Source: Euryarchaeota archaeon UBA438 (GTDB lineage: Archaea > Thermoplasmatota > Poseidoniia > Poseidoniales > Thalassarchaeaceae). From it: a stretch of 64,000 nucleotides of DNA. The translations under genes were made by a program, and so were the position numbers. The notes beneath the pieces were generated by a model. It made no database searches. It was not told the origin of the DNA and worked only from the letters and a program-made list of their open reading frames with translations. Where the stretch lies: assembly GCA_002504435.1 (NCBI GenBank), contig DAQP01000043.1:16810-80809 (forward strand). Direction: 5' to 3'. Positions 1 to 9,500 of the stretch are shown in pieces; the first letter of the stretch is position 1, and each line of letters starts with the position of its first letter.

Positions 1-677
1 AGTCTGTCGAGGACGCAATCCAGGAAGGCGTGTTTGTTGTAGCGGCAGCAGGGAACGATGGTAATGACGATGATGGGGACGTGGAGTCTCCAGGTTCTGT
101 GGAGGACGTGATATGCGTTGGCGGAATTACTAGGACCGGTGCAATCTGGTCAGGTAGTTCCGAGGGCGATAATGACGGGAGGCTTTGGCCGAACCCCATA
201 CTTCCACGACAAGACCCAGACAAGAAGCCAGAATTGGTGGCGCCTGGGCATGAGGTCCCAGTCCTGATGGCGAGCGGGGTTGGAAATGGTGCTTGGTGGG
301 GATGGTCAAGCGGGACATCCGCAGCTACTGCTTGGGTTTCAGGTTCAATCGCTATACTGCTGCAAGCACACCCGGAGTTGCAGAGAGGGGGAGAGCAGGG
401 AGGAACGGGTGCAATTGAGGAAGTGAAAAGTGTCATCATGGAGAGCTCACAAATGAAGGAGGGGCAGAGCGACCATGATTCCCACTACGGGTACGGGCTA
501 CTCGACATGGATTCGTTAATCGATTCTTTCGGGAACTCGAGTGGTGCGGACAAAATGGGGGCCATTCAGATGGATGGCTCTGTAGCAAAGGAGGAGGCTC
601 TGTTTAGGGAGGTTCAAGCAGCCCGTCGAACCACGGCGATAGTCCCGCCGGTAAGCTCAACGAAAGCGAGTGAGTGA
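1..677 (+). CDS. S8 subtilisin-like serine peptidase, C-terminal part (5' truncated by window)
   Basis: Frame open from window start (SVEDAIQEGVFVVAAAGND); oxyanion AAAGN, KPELVAPG, catalytic SGTSAATAWVSG, YGYGLLD motifs. Confidence 0.9.
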   Translation, partial: SVEDAIQEGVFVVAAAGNDGNDDDGDVESPGSVEDVICVGGITRTGAIWSGSSEGDNDGRLWPNPILPRQDPDKKPELVAPGHEVPVLMASGVGNGAWWGWSSGTSAATAWVSGSIAILLQAHPELQRGGEQGGTGAIEEVKSVIMESSQMKEGQSDHDSHYGYGLLDMDSLIDSFGNSSGADKMGAIQMDGSVAKEEALFREVQAARRTTAIVPPVSSTKASE

Positions 678-1408
678 TTGACACTAACTGACTTGGCGAA
701 ATCAATCCATTCGTTGAAGGCGGCCACCTTTCTCTGAGCTTCAGTTGGCTCATCACCGGGAGAGGGCTCTCCAACATCCCCGGTTGGGACCTCGGGCTCG
801 GGAACGATCAGTATTCCCCCTGGGGCAAGAATTTCGAATGCAGATTTGGCAGCACTGGGCCTTTCCGAATCCGGAAGATCGATGATTACCAGATGTAGTC
901 CGGTAGGAATTGATGAAGGCCTTGCTGACTCGGGGAGAGAAGCTGAAGCAGCTGACCACGTCCTTGCCTCGGCCACTACCTCCGACCACTTATTTCCAAC
1001 AACTCTGGCCCAACCTTCTGCATCGTACCTCCTAATCAGGCGGTCGATGATTACACCAAACCTTGCACCTTCCTCGACAATGATGAATGAGTCTGGTTTG
1101 CTACTTTCATCGGGGGTGTCCACGGAGGGGTCGCCGCACCACATGTCAAGGAGCCATGCCGAAAGATGTCCGATGCCGCCCCCAACAAGAACAACGTCTC
1201 CAACTGGAACTCTTGAAGAAATGTCACGAATTCTGGCCCTCATTGACCTCGGCATTGTCCTAAGGCCCATCAGCAACATCTGCTCGCCTATTGATGAAGC
1301 GATCAGTGGTTCCGAATCGCCCCTCTCTACATCCTCAGAGAGTAGTTTCTCCAACATTTCCCTTTCAGACATTTGCGGGAGGCCAAAACCACTGGAGCCT
1401 CCTGCCAT
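614..1408 (-). CDS. Putative class I SAM-dependent methyltransferase-fold protein
   Basis: Probable ATG at 1408 (MAGGSSG...); VVLVGGGIGHLS motif I-like, IVEEG, LVIIDLP, LAPGGILIV motifs. Confidence 0.5.
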   Translation of the reverse strand: MAGGSSGFGLPQMSEREMLEKLLSEDVERGDSEPLIASSIGEQMLLMGLRTMPRSMRARIRDISSRVPVGDVVLVGGGIGHLSAWLLDMWCGDPSVDTPDESSKPDSFIIVEEGARFGVIIDRLIRRYDAEGWARVVGNKWSEVVAEARTWSAASASLPESARPSSIPTGLHLVIIDLPDSERPSAAKSAFEILAPGGILIVPEPEVPTGDVGEPSPGDEPTEAQRKVAAFNEWIDFAKSVSVNHSLAFVELTGGTIAVVRRAA

Positions 1409-1483
1409 GTATTGCGGAAGGGTTGCCACTATTGAAAATAGACTGCTCGGTGGCTTCAAGAGAGGCATGCTGACCGCAGGGCC

Positions 1484-2080
1484 ATGGAGGAAGCTGTGGG
1501 GGATGACCAAGTGGCCGACGTTGCACAGTGTCCGGGGTGTTCGGATCTGACCGAGCATGAGGTTCTGAGCAGAGCGGCAAAGGGAGCTGGAGAGGATCTC
1601 CTTGTGAGGTGTGTTTCCTGTTCTAATGTCCATAGGATTAGCCTCAGACCCCCGTCTTCAACTTCGGTTAGGGCAACTCTCTCTGATGGTGCGGATAGCT
1701 TTTCGGCGTTGATTGAGTCCGATGCAGATGAGGAGATCTCAAAGGGTGACCTTTTCCAGTTTGATGATGCCCATTGGCAAGTCACAAGAATAGAAATCGG
1801 GGACAAGATGCCAGTCAATTCTTCGGAAGCGAACAAGATAACATCGATGTGGGCGATCCGCAAGGACGCTTGTGTGGTCAGGCTAACTCTAACTGAGGGG
1901 GAAGTCAGCACACCCTCGAGTATTGAGTGCGATCCTGAGAAAGTTTTCTCGTGTGGGACGGTGATGGTTCTGGATGGTAAAAAGTGGAGGATCAGGGCAA
2001 TTCATACAGGTGCTGGGAGAACCCTGAGAGGCAAGAGAGTTGCTGCAGAAGTTAGGAGAATGTACCTACACTCGATATAG
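1484..2080 (+). CDS. Archaeal HVO_0476-like zinc-ribbon protein
   Basis: CPGC...HEVL...VRCVSCSNVH Zn ribbon followed by two repeated beta domains, typical of this euryarchaeal family. Confidence 0.75.
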   Translation: MEEAVGDDQVADVAQCPGCSDLTEHEVLSRAAKGAGEDLLVRCVSCSNVHRISLRPPSSTSVRATLSDGADSFSALIESDADEEISKGDLFQFDDAHWQVTRIEIGDKMPVNSSEANKITSMWAIRKDACVVRLTLTEGEVSTPSSIECDPEKVFSCGTVMVLDGKKWRIRAIHTGAGRTLRGKRVAAEVRRMYLHSI

Positions 2081-2083
2081 TGA

Positions 2084-3037
2084 TTACCTGCGATTTGTCC
2101 ATGGCATTAACAGAGCTTTCACTACGTGGCTAGCCACTTCTGGGTTCTCTCTGAGCCTCCTGAGTCCATACTCATACCACCTAGTCCCATAGGGAACGTA
2201 GACTCTCGTAAGGTGGCCCTTTGAAGCAAGACCCCTCCTTACATCGCCCCTGACCCCCAAGAGAAATTGGAATTCGTACCCCGGACCCTTTTTCTCTAAT
2301 CCCGTAGAATCTGAGTTGTCCATGCCCCTATTTCTTAATTCGGCCAAGGCGTGATCTATTACTGGAAAATCATGTGAGGCGATTGCTGTATACGCCCCTC
2401 GATCCAACATGGATGTAACTGCTCGATTGGTGGCTTCAACAATGTCAGAGTAATTCGTATGGGCTATGTTCCCAGGCTCCAGATATATTCCTTTACATAT
2501 TCTGAAGTCGGTTTTGTCGGCTAGGGAAGAGCAAATTGAGTCAATATCTGATTCGGTCCTATGTAGCCTCCCCTGCAAGACTACTCCGATGTTTGTAAGG
2601 CCCTTGGAGTGCATGGCCAGCATTACATCGATAGTTTCCTGGGTGACTCTGCTGTCCTCCATGTCCAGCCTTACGAATGAGTCCAGCTTCTGCGCTTTCC
2701 TGGTAATTGACTCTATGTTAGAATAAGCAGAGTCCCTGTTTACGAGTAATCCGAAAGCTGTTGGTTTTATGGAAATATTTGCGTTCAATCCGTGTTCTTC
2801 GATTGCATCCAATAGTCTGGAGTATTCTTCTAGGAAGTAGCTCGCTTCCTCCATGGAACTGATTTCTTCCCCCAAGACGTCGACTGTGAAGCAGGCGCCC
2901 TCCGCTGATAGTTTTCTCATCGTTGCGATTGCGTCAGACATTTCTGATCCTGCCACATATCGCATGGCCACACGCTTTACGATGAACTTCGGAGCCAATG
3001 GCATTGATGCCACGATGAGACGCCCGAACAGTGCCAT
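2084..3037 (-). CDS. putB: Monofunctional proline dehydrogenase
   Basis: DVLGE, ISIKPT, FVRLDMED, RICKGIY, IASHD, EFQFLLG, VYVPYG and RRLRENP motifs. Confidence 0.93.
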   Translation of the reverse strand: MALFGRLIVASMPLAPKFIVKRVAMRYVAGSEMSDAIATMRKLSAEGACFTVDVLGEEISSMEEASYFLEEYSRLLDAIEEHGLNANISIKPTAFGLLVNRDSAYSNIESITRKAQKLDSFVRLDMEDSRVTQETIDVMLAMHSKGLTNIGVVLQGRLHRTESDIDSICSSLADKTDFRICKGIYLEPGNIAHTNYSDIVEATNRAVTSMLDRGAYTAIASHDFPVIDHALAELRNRGMDNSDSTGLEKKGPGYEFQFLLGVRGDVRRGLASKGHLTRVYVPYGTRWYEYGLRRLRENPEVASHVVKALLMPWTNRR

Positions 3038-3070
3038 CTTACCTTCGAGGAGGCAGGAGAGACTTCACGA

Positions 3071-4012
3071 TTACTCTTGAGACAAATCCCTTCCTCTCAG
3101 AACGGGGACTCCATTTTCCTCGAGGAAATTAACCAGAAGCGATCTTTCCCAGCCCCTGAAAGACTTCCTGTCGAGGTGGGCGAAGATTTCTCCCCCGGGG
3201 AATGCGGCTCGTGTCGCCTCTATGGCGGAGGAAGCTGATTCCTTCCAGTTTCCACCGGGAATCTCCGATTCTAATTCCGACTTTTCGAATCTGAGAGAGT
3301 AGTTTGCCAAAACGTGCCCCAGCCAAAAGTCTCCAGATTCGACCACGGACTTGTGCCGCGGCGCGTAGTGGCCCCCGCCAAAACCCACCATGACTGAGCC
3401 ACTGCCGGCCCATTCTCCCTGTGGTTCGGCTCCATTAAGTCCGAGAACATCACAGATTACGGTCGACCAAACCATTGCTGCATCTTTTCTATTCCACTCT
3501 GCCTCAGTAGAGCCTATCTCAATGTACAGGGATGGGGTCTCGAGCCTCGGACCATGGTGCGTAGTCTCCATTGTAAGATCGAAGTCCCCCTCAAGGCCGT
3601 TTTTTCTTGCCACCTCTAGCATCTTCCTGTACAACGATGAAAACCTCGGCGAAGGAGGGACAACGTGCCCATTAACGCCCCCTGCCACCCCTTTCTCACC
3701 TGTTGGGGTGATTCCTGGAAGGCCAATTGCGTGAAGTGTTATTGCGGGCGTATTTGTTGACGAAACGTGCCTAGATAGGACTAGAACTTCGTCGATAGAA
3801 TCGCCGGTCTCATCCATGTGGACCATATCGATTTCATCCGCATGAATATGCAACTCGTCAATCTCTAGGATCGTAACCGGCCTCTCAGAATGACGGCGAA
3901 CTCTTCCGTGATCAAAATTCTCGACGTTTTGCCAGTCCGAAGATTCGACTAACGCTCGAGCAAGATTAATCGAGGCCTCGTCGAGGGTGGAGCTGAGGAT
4001 GAGTGAGGCCAT
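3071..4012 (-). CDS. dtdA: Archaeal D-aminoacyl-tRNA deacylase (DTD2)
   Basis: SRHVS, TLHAIG, ETTHHGP, IEIGSTE, GFGGGHYAP, GHVLANY motifs; likely start 4012. Confidence 0.92.
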   Translation of the reverse strand: MASLILSSTLDEASINLARALVESSDWQNVENFDHGRVRRHSERPVTILEIDELHIHADEIDMVHMDETGDSIDEVLVLSRHVSSTNTPAITLHAIGLPGITPTGEKGVAGGVNGHVVPPSPRFSSLYRKMLEVARKNGLEGDFDLTMETTHHGPRLETPSLYIEIGSTEAEWNRKDAAMVWSTVICDVLGLNGAEPQGEWAGSGSVMVGFGGGHYAPRHKSVVESGDFWLGHVLANYSLRFEKSELESEIPGGNWKESASSAIEATRAAFPGGEIFAHLDRKSFRGWERSLLVNFLEENGVPVLRGRDLSQE

Positions 4013-4084
4013 GATTTGGCAAGGCGGGCCATACTTCAATGCTTTCAGCCACACCTTGAAGCGGGATGATTAGGACGAGATAGC

Positions 4085-4993
4085 ATGCAAGAGCTGGGGT
4101 TCAACCCTGTCAGGGTCGACAAAGGTGACTCGCTCTCTGTGATAGTTGGTTCCATGGGGGAGATCATGAAGGTTGACTCAGAAGGCCGAACGGTCGGGAA
4201 TTTTTCAGTTCCTTTTCCTTCTCAGCCGACATATGGAACTATTTGTTCGGGAAAGTGGATCGGTGCATGGGTCGACAGGGGATTCAAGAAGGCATGCATG
4301 GGAGCCATCCCTCTCGATGGTGAATTGGACTTCGGAAGAGGGCGTGATTTCCTCAGGACAATGGGTAGTTCGGCCTCTGATGTCCTACCAGACTCTTGCC
4401 TCTGGACCAGGGACATAGAGGGGGAGCCGATGGGGCTGACAAGCAATGGGGGGGAGATAACCTTCGGAGTCCTGAATACTGGGATTTACAGGGTGGATGG
4501 GGGTGCGAATGAAATCTGGAGATCCCCCTACCCCCAATGGCCAGAGCTACAAGATTTCAGCAACGTTGACTCGATTATTGACATGGTCCATACTCCCGAC
4601 GGGATTGCCATTTGGTCGGAATCTGGAGGGGTTTCACTAGTTTCCGAGGACAAAGGGGCCGTCCTGAGATCAGAAGTTCTCAAATTGCCCGAGAGGGTGA
4701 TCGGAGTGAGATTCGATGAAAGTATTGGATGGATGCTGATGATGAGTGGACGTTATGCCGCGATGATGAAGGAGATTGGGTCCGAGCCGTGGATTATCAA
4801 TTTGCCAGGTCCGATGATGGACTGTGTAAATGCGGGCGATGGCAATTGGAAATGGACTGGTTGGAGGCATGATGGGATAATGGAAGAAGGTTCTCCACGA
4901 ATTCTGGAAAGGGAAGATATCGGAGTATCGATTATCGGGGACAGGGTACTAACCAATAGCGGCCGATGGAGGGGTCACGCCTTCACAGAGTGA
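4085..4993 (+). CDS. Hypothetical protein, Trp/Gly-rich, possibly beta-propeller-like
   Basis: 302-aa ORF filling the gap between divergent and convergent neighbours; no family recognised. Confidence 0.6.
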   Translation: MQELGFNPVRVDKGDSLSVIVGSMGEIMKVDSEGRTVGNFSVPFPSQPTYGTICSGKWIGAWVDRGFKKACMGAIPLDGELDFGRGRDFLRTMGSSASDVLPDSCLWTRDIEGEPMGLTSNGGEITFGVLNTGIYRVDGGANEIWRSPYPQWPELQDFSNVDSIIDMVHTPDGIAIWSESGGVSLVSEDKGAVLRSEVLKLPERVIGVRFDESIGWMLMMSGRYAAMMKEIGSEPWIINLPGPMMDCVNAGDGNWKWTGWRHDGIMEEGSPRILEREDIGVSIIGDRVLTNSGRWRGHAFTE

Positions 4994-5142
4994 CCGCACT
5001 TGCCGCAAGACTTCCTGTCGCTATGTACTGCTAGAAATACCCCTGGGCCACAGTTCGGGCATGATTCGCCTCTGACGAGTTGGTCTCCGTCAATTGAATA
5101 CTTGGAGTGCTTGGCGTTCCCATTGGGTGAACCCTGTGGCAT
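4975..5142 (-). CDS. rps27ae: 30S ribosomal protein S27ae (eS31)
   Basis: Not in ORF track; hand translation MPQGSPNGNAKHSKYSIDGDQLVRGESCPNCGPGVFLAVHSDRKSCGKCGHSVKA; start overlaps rps24e stop (TAATG). Confidence 0.95.
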   Translation of the reverse strand: MPQGSPNGNAKHSKYSIDGDQLVRGESCPNCGPGVFLAVHSDRKSCGKCGHSVKA

Positions 5143-5501
5143 TATTCATCGCCTCCCTCTTCTTGTTCATCGGTTGATTGGGATTCTTCGGGCTTCGCCG
5201 GCTCATCACTTGCTCCATCTTCCCCTCTGAATTTGTTGTGCCTCCCTACGATGTACGAGGGTTCGATGGAAGCAGCCTCTTCTGAGGCGTAGATTAACGC
5301 TAACCCAGTAGTCCTAGGCATACCATACCTTGTGCTTACGTCCTTGACAAAAACCAATTCTGAATTTGCTCCGGGCTCAATTTTTGTTGCTGCGGATACC
5401 ATTTCCTCTAATTTTGGAGTTGAGGAGTTTGGATGATCCCAAACAAACCTAATCTCGACCCTGTCTAGCAGCGGATTGTCCTTCCTTTCGATTACTTGCA
5501 T
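5142..5501 (-). CDS. rps24e: 30S ribosomal protein S24e (eS24) with acidic C-terminal tail
   Basis: KDNPLLDRVEI...TP...YG...TTGLALIY...EPSYIVGR; canonical operon position. Confidence 0.93.
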   Translation of the reverse strand: MQVIERKDNPLLDRVEIRFVWDHPNSSTPKLEEMVSAATKIEPGANSELVFVKDVSTRYGMPRTTGLALIYASEEAASIEPSYIVGRHNKFRGEDGASDEPAKPEESQSTDEQEEGGDE

Positions 5502-5509
5502 AATTACAC

Positions 5510-5713
5510 CTACCTGATGTTAACCTTCAACGCATAATTCCCTGGCCGGGTGATGTTGAGCCTCTTTGCCACCTCGGACCTCTCTGGGTTGAGGATTACC
5601 ACAAAACCCTGCCAATCTGTCGTAACAGGGGAGTTCGGGCAGTAGTGGCACTGCCCTTCCCCGTCCGGCAATATTGCATTGCAATCTCCGCATGCGAAAG
5701 GTTGCTTGGCCAT
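5510..5713 (-). CDS. spt4: Transcription elongation factor Spt4 (RpoE'')
   Basis: CGDC...CHYC, TTDWQGFVVILNPERSEVAKRLNITRPGNYALKV. Confidence 0.95.
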   Translation of the reverse strand: MAKQPFACGDCNAILPDGEGQCHYCPNSPVTTDWQGFVVILNPERSEVAKRLNITRPGNYALKVNIR

Positions 5714-5714
5714 T

Positions 5715-6263
5715 TTAGTCGGTCTCCTTCAGCCAATCTGCCGCGCCCAGTCCATCCATCTTGCAGTTCAGACCAATCTTGCTGGCCCTGGGGTCATTCT
5801 GATTAATTGCCTTTGAGACAACTCTAGATCGTACATGGGAACCTTCCTCGATATGCTTACCGGTCTGGGATCCTTCAATTCTCCTAACCCCCATATTCAC
5901 TTGGATCGGCTCGTCGAGAATCTGTGATTTGTGCAGTAGTGCTTCGACGGGGCCTATCCTGACGAAAGCGCCATACTCCGAAACATCGGAAACATAGCCA
6001 TCTACGACCTCATTATTTTCCATGTTGAAAAGAAGTGCCTTGAACTTCACTGCCTGGTAGATTGCGCCGTCTCCGTGGATTATCCTGCCTCTCCCCACTG
6101 GTTTATGGTCAAAGGTAAGGACCGTGTAATTCTCATCGGAATCAAATCTGCCTTCGAATGCGTCATTTGCCAAACTGTCAATGTGGTCTTCTAAGCTGTG
6201 ACCCTCTCTGATGTACTCGGCCGGGATGCGAATAGTGTCCTCTCGCTCAATTATGCTGTACAT
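5715..6263 (-). CDS. rpoE1: DNA-directed RNA polymerase subunit E' (Rpo7)
   Basis: DTIRIP, GRIIHGDGAIY, YGAFVRIGPVEALLHKSQI (S1 domain), KIGLNCKMDGLG; ATG 6263 preceded by UGAGG. Confidence 0.95.
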   Translation of the reverse strand: MYSIIEREDTIRIPAEYIREGHSLEDHIDSLANDAFEGRFDSDENYTVLTFDHKPVGRGRIIHGDGAIYQAVKFKALLFNMENNEVVDGYVSDVSEYGAFVRIGPVEALLHKSQILDEPIQVNMGVRRIEGSQTGKHIEEGSHVRSRVVSKAINQNDPRASKIGLNCKMDGLGAADWLKETD

Positions 6264-6407
6264 TTTTTCTGCCTCAGTGACGGACCGCTCCAAGCAGCCA
6301 GGACGGGGGGTTTCCCTCCCGTCCGTCATCGGCTAAGCCTCTGGAGGAGAAGTCCGTGCGACCCGGCGACCTGCCACTCCTGTATAAGCGCAACGGACGG
6401 GCAGAAA
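6264..6407 (-). promoter_or_regulatory. Structured GC-rich 5' leader of the rpoE1-spt4-rps24e-rps27ae operon, kink-turn-like
   Basis: Complementary segments UGACGGAC/GUCCGUCA flanked by GCCGA/CUGAGGC; competing GGACGGGAGG-GAAA-CCCCCCGUCC hairpin; TTATA upstream near 6383-6387. Confidence 0.45.
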
Positions 6408-6535
6408 TGGCTGGCGCACCCCGATATATGCTCAGACCGTAGGTCTGAGTGAGAATATGGGGCGAACGTTCAAGTGGGTTACGAAAACCAAATTTGACTC
6501 TGATGACAGTTGATGCCACGCAAAAACTCCTTCCC

Positions 6536-9500
6536 ATGAAAGTTGGGGCAGCTTTTGCAGTGTCGATTATGCTAGCTATGTCACTATCACCAATGTTGGC
6601 CACTACAGGGGTTTCGAGGAGCCTAGAAGATTCCAACGAAATGAGGAGTTCCGGAATCGACCCCTGGTCGGACGGTGGCCAAGCCTGGCCACAACCAGGC
6701 AGGACCCCCGATAGGGTTTCCAATCCTCCAGGCCATGTACATTCTTCGGATTCAGGGGGCGGCCTACTTTCAATAGTCGACCCGGTGATAAACTGGGATT
6801 TTGGTTCCGACCCCATAGGTACTGATTCTCTTGGCACACCTATTGCTGATTTCTCCTCGTCCCTAACCACTGACCCTTCCTCGGAAGAGAGGTGCGGAGG
6901 AGACTCGCTTTACACCATAATTGTACAGACTGACTCTGCATCAGGTGAGAGTTACATGAGAATAATTGAGGGGGAGGACTCTGATCTCGCATGGGAAGTT
7001 AGTCTCGGAGTTACAGAGAAAGTCAAGGCCTCACCTGTAGTTGTGGATTTGGATGACGATGGGAAGCCGGAGGTGATAGCGGTGTATGACCAAGGAGGGA
7101 CTCTGAATGTCGATGCGTGGTCGCCCAGGCTATTCTGCTCGGTTACCGGATGGAACCCCGGAGCAGGTAGTTCGCAACAGCCAATCTGGACCTGGGAGGA
7201 TGACGACTTGATGGTGAGTAGTGACGTTGGGGCTTATGTCAGTGGTTGGCTGGGGGGGCACAAGCCAACTGCCCAGCCACTTCTTGCCGACTTGGACCTT
7301 GATGGAGATGCAGAGTTGGTAGTTGCTGCGGTAAACGAGAACAGTGGGGATCCGGTCATTGTTGCACTGAGTCTGCCTTCTAGCGGCTCGCCCGCCACAC
7401 TTTGGGAAAAAACACTGGACAAGGGGAGCCATCCTTCTGACCCTGCTTTTGCACAGACGGATGAGAATACTGGCTATGTTGTACTGACGACCACCGAGTA
7501 CAGCAATGGCGGAATGTGGGTTTGGAGGCTTGACTCGTTGACGGGAGATTCGGGATGGGACGGCCTTAGCCTGAATAACATAGATGGCGACTCTGATGCG
7601 CCTCACATCAGACTCCCTGGTCCAGTTGTAGCCAATCTTGATGATGATGAGACTCCCGAAATTGTAGTAACCATACCTACAGATGCCGACGGATCGGGTG
7701 CTGTTGATGGCGCTGAATTCAGAGGTCTAGAAATCAGCACCGGTGCCGAGATATGGTCATTCGAGGCAGATAATGGGTACGCTGACGCGCCACCCATTGT
7801 TATCGATACAGACGATGATGGGACCATCGAGAGGGTCTGTTGGGTCACTTGGTGGCAAACTGCAACAGCTAGGCACGGAGTCACGGGTTGTCATGATGTA
7901 GATGGATCCAGCCCCGAAGAGGCATGGCACCGGGATCTCGAGCAGAGCAGCGGGGCGCCGAACGACGAGATAGCTGTCTCACCCCCAGTTTGGATGGATA
8001 TTGATGGTAGTGGGGAGCCTGAGCTCCTAGTCGCCTATGGGAGATCACTCTGGGCGTTCGATGGAGCGGAGGGAACTGGGTCTGCCATCAACACTGAGTG
8101 GGCCAATGAGTTGGAGTTGAACCACCGAACTTGGTCTTCACCTGCGTTGGCCGACATCGATGGGGACGGCACACTGGACATCATCATCGGTAGCACCGTT
8201 GTCTCGCTTGAGAGGTCCGACGTTAGACCCCTCCTTGATGGAGGGGGGATAGAGTTGGACCCAACTGCCCCCAGTCCAGGTGAGGAGGTCACGGTTTCTG
8301 CATTTATCGAGAACTCTGGAACAGGGCCCATAGATTCGGAATTTGATGCTGTCCTCTATGCCGATGGAGTAGAAATTGGGAGGAGGACATTCACATCTCT
8401 GGAACCAGTTGAGCCAACGGGATCAGGGTCCTTTGAAACATTCAGTGTTGAATGGTCGGGGCCACTTGGGGACCATGAATTCACATTGGAGCTAGACAGT
8501 TTCGGGAACCTGACTCAGACTAGGACGGACAATGATGTTGCTAGCAAGATTGTATCCATCGTCCCGACGTACAATGCTTCTTTCGAAATTCCGACTGAGC
8601 CCGTCAGGGTATCTCCAGGCAGTAGCACAACTGCTAGCCCGACTGTGAGGTCTACTGGGAGGCTCGCTGGGACATGGTCCCTCAGCATAGATGACTCCGA
8701 ACTTCCTGAGGGTTGGACGTGGTCGGACTCCACGCAGGAAGGAATTAGCAATGTCGAGATTGGAGTGGATGATACTTGGTCCCCTGATCTAACTATAACA
8801 GCGCCTTCGGAGGCACTTGGTTCTGACTCAGGATACCTATCTCTGACCCTGACCCTCGATGAAGACTCGAACGTTTCTGTTTCTGCAAATCTTCCAATAG
8901 AGGCGAATAGAACGAGGGGGCTCTCACTTAGAGGACCCGATGGAACGTCTCAGAGCAGCGGCTACGGACTACCTGGGCAGGATGCAGAAGCATGGTTCAT
9001 GGCCGAGAATCTAGGAAATGCCGAGGAGGACCAGATTCTCCTCTCATGGGACAGCACACCATGGGGCAATGACCTGCGCCTATACGACATGGAAGGGGCC
9101 GAAAGATCAGCGTTAATTTTGGCCCCCGGAGAAGAGTTGGCGTTAGTTGCAACCCTAGCCGTTCCTTCCGACGCACCCGTGGGAGATTCAGTTGGCACGC
9201 CTCTAACCATGTGCGTTGGCACGGGCACGGAAGAAGAGACCTGCCAGACCATACAATTAACATTCCATTCTTCGAACGTTGTTTCTGGAAATCACATCAG
9301 AAGCGTTCCCGCGAATGGACTCGAATGGTCGGTAATTACTGAAATGCCGGCTGAAAGCGGGACAATCACATGGTCACTTTCTGAAATGGGGATGGCGATG
9401 CCAGGGTGGTCTTGGATCGGAACTGGCGACATCTCAGTTTCAGGCGATATGATAACTATGACCGGCCCCTCTGGTGGAACATCTTCAGGTTCGTTAATTG

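Noticed and set aside
846..1911. Overlapping alternative ORFs 846-1550(+) and 1456-1911(-)
   Set aside because: Antisense shadows of the methyltransferase-like and Zn-ribbon genes
6341..6415. GAGGAGAAGTCC and GCAGAAATGGCT on the + strand loosely resemble RNase P RNA conserved regions
   Set aside because: Only ~60 nt apart and lacking P4 complementarity; far too short for RNase P RNA, and no SRP helix-8 motif seen
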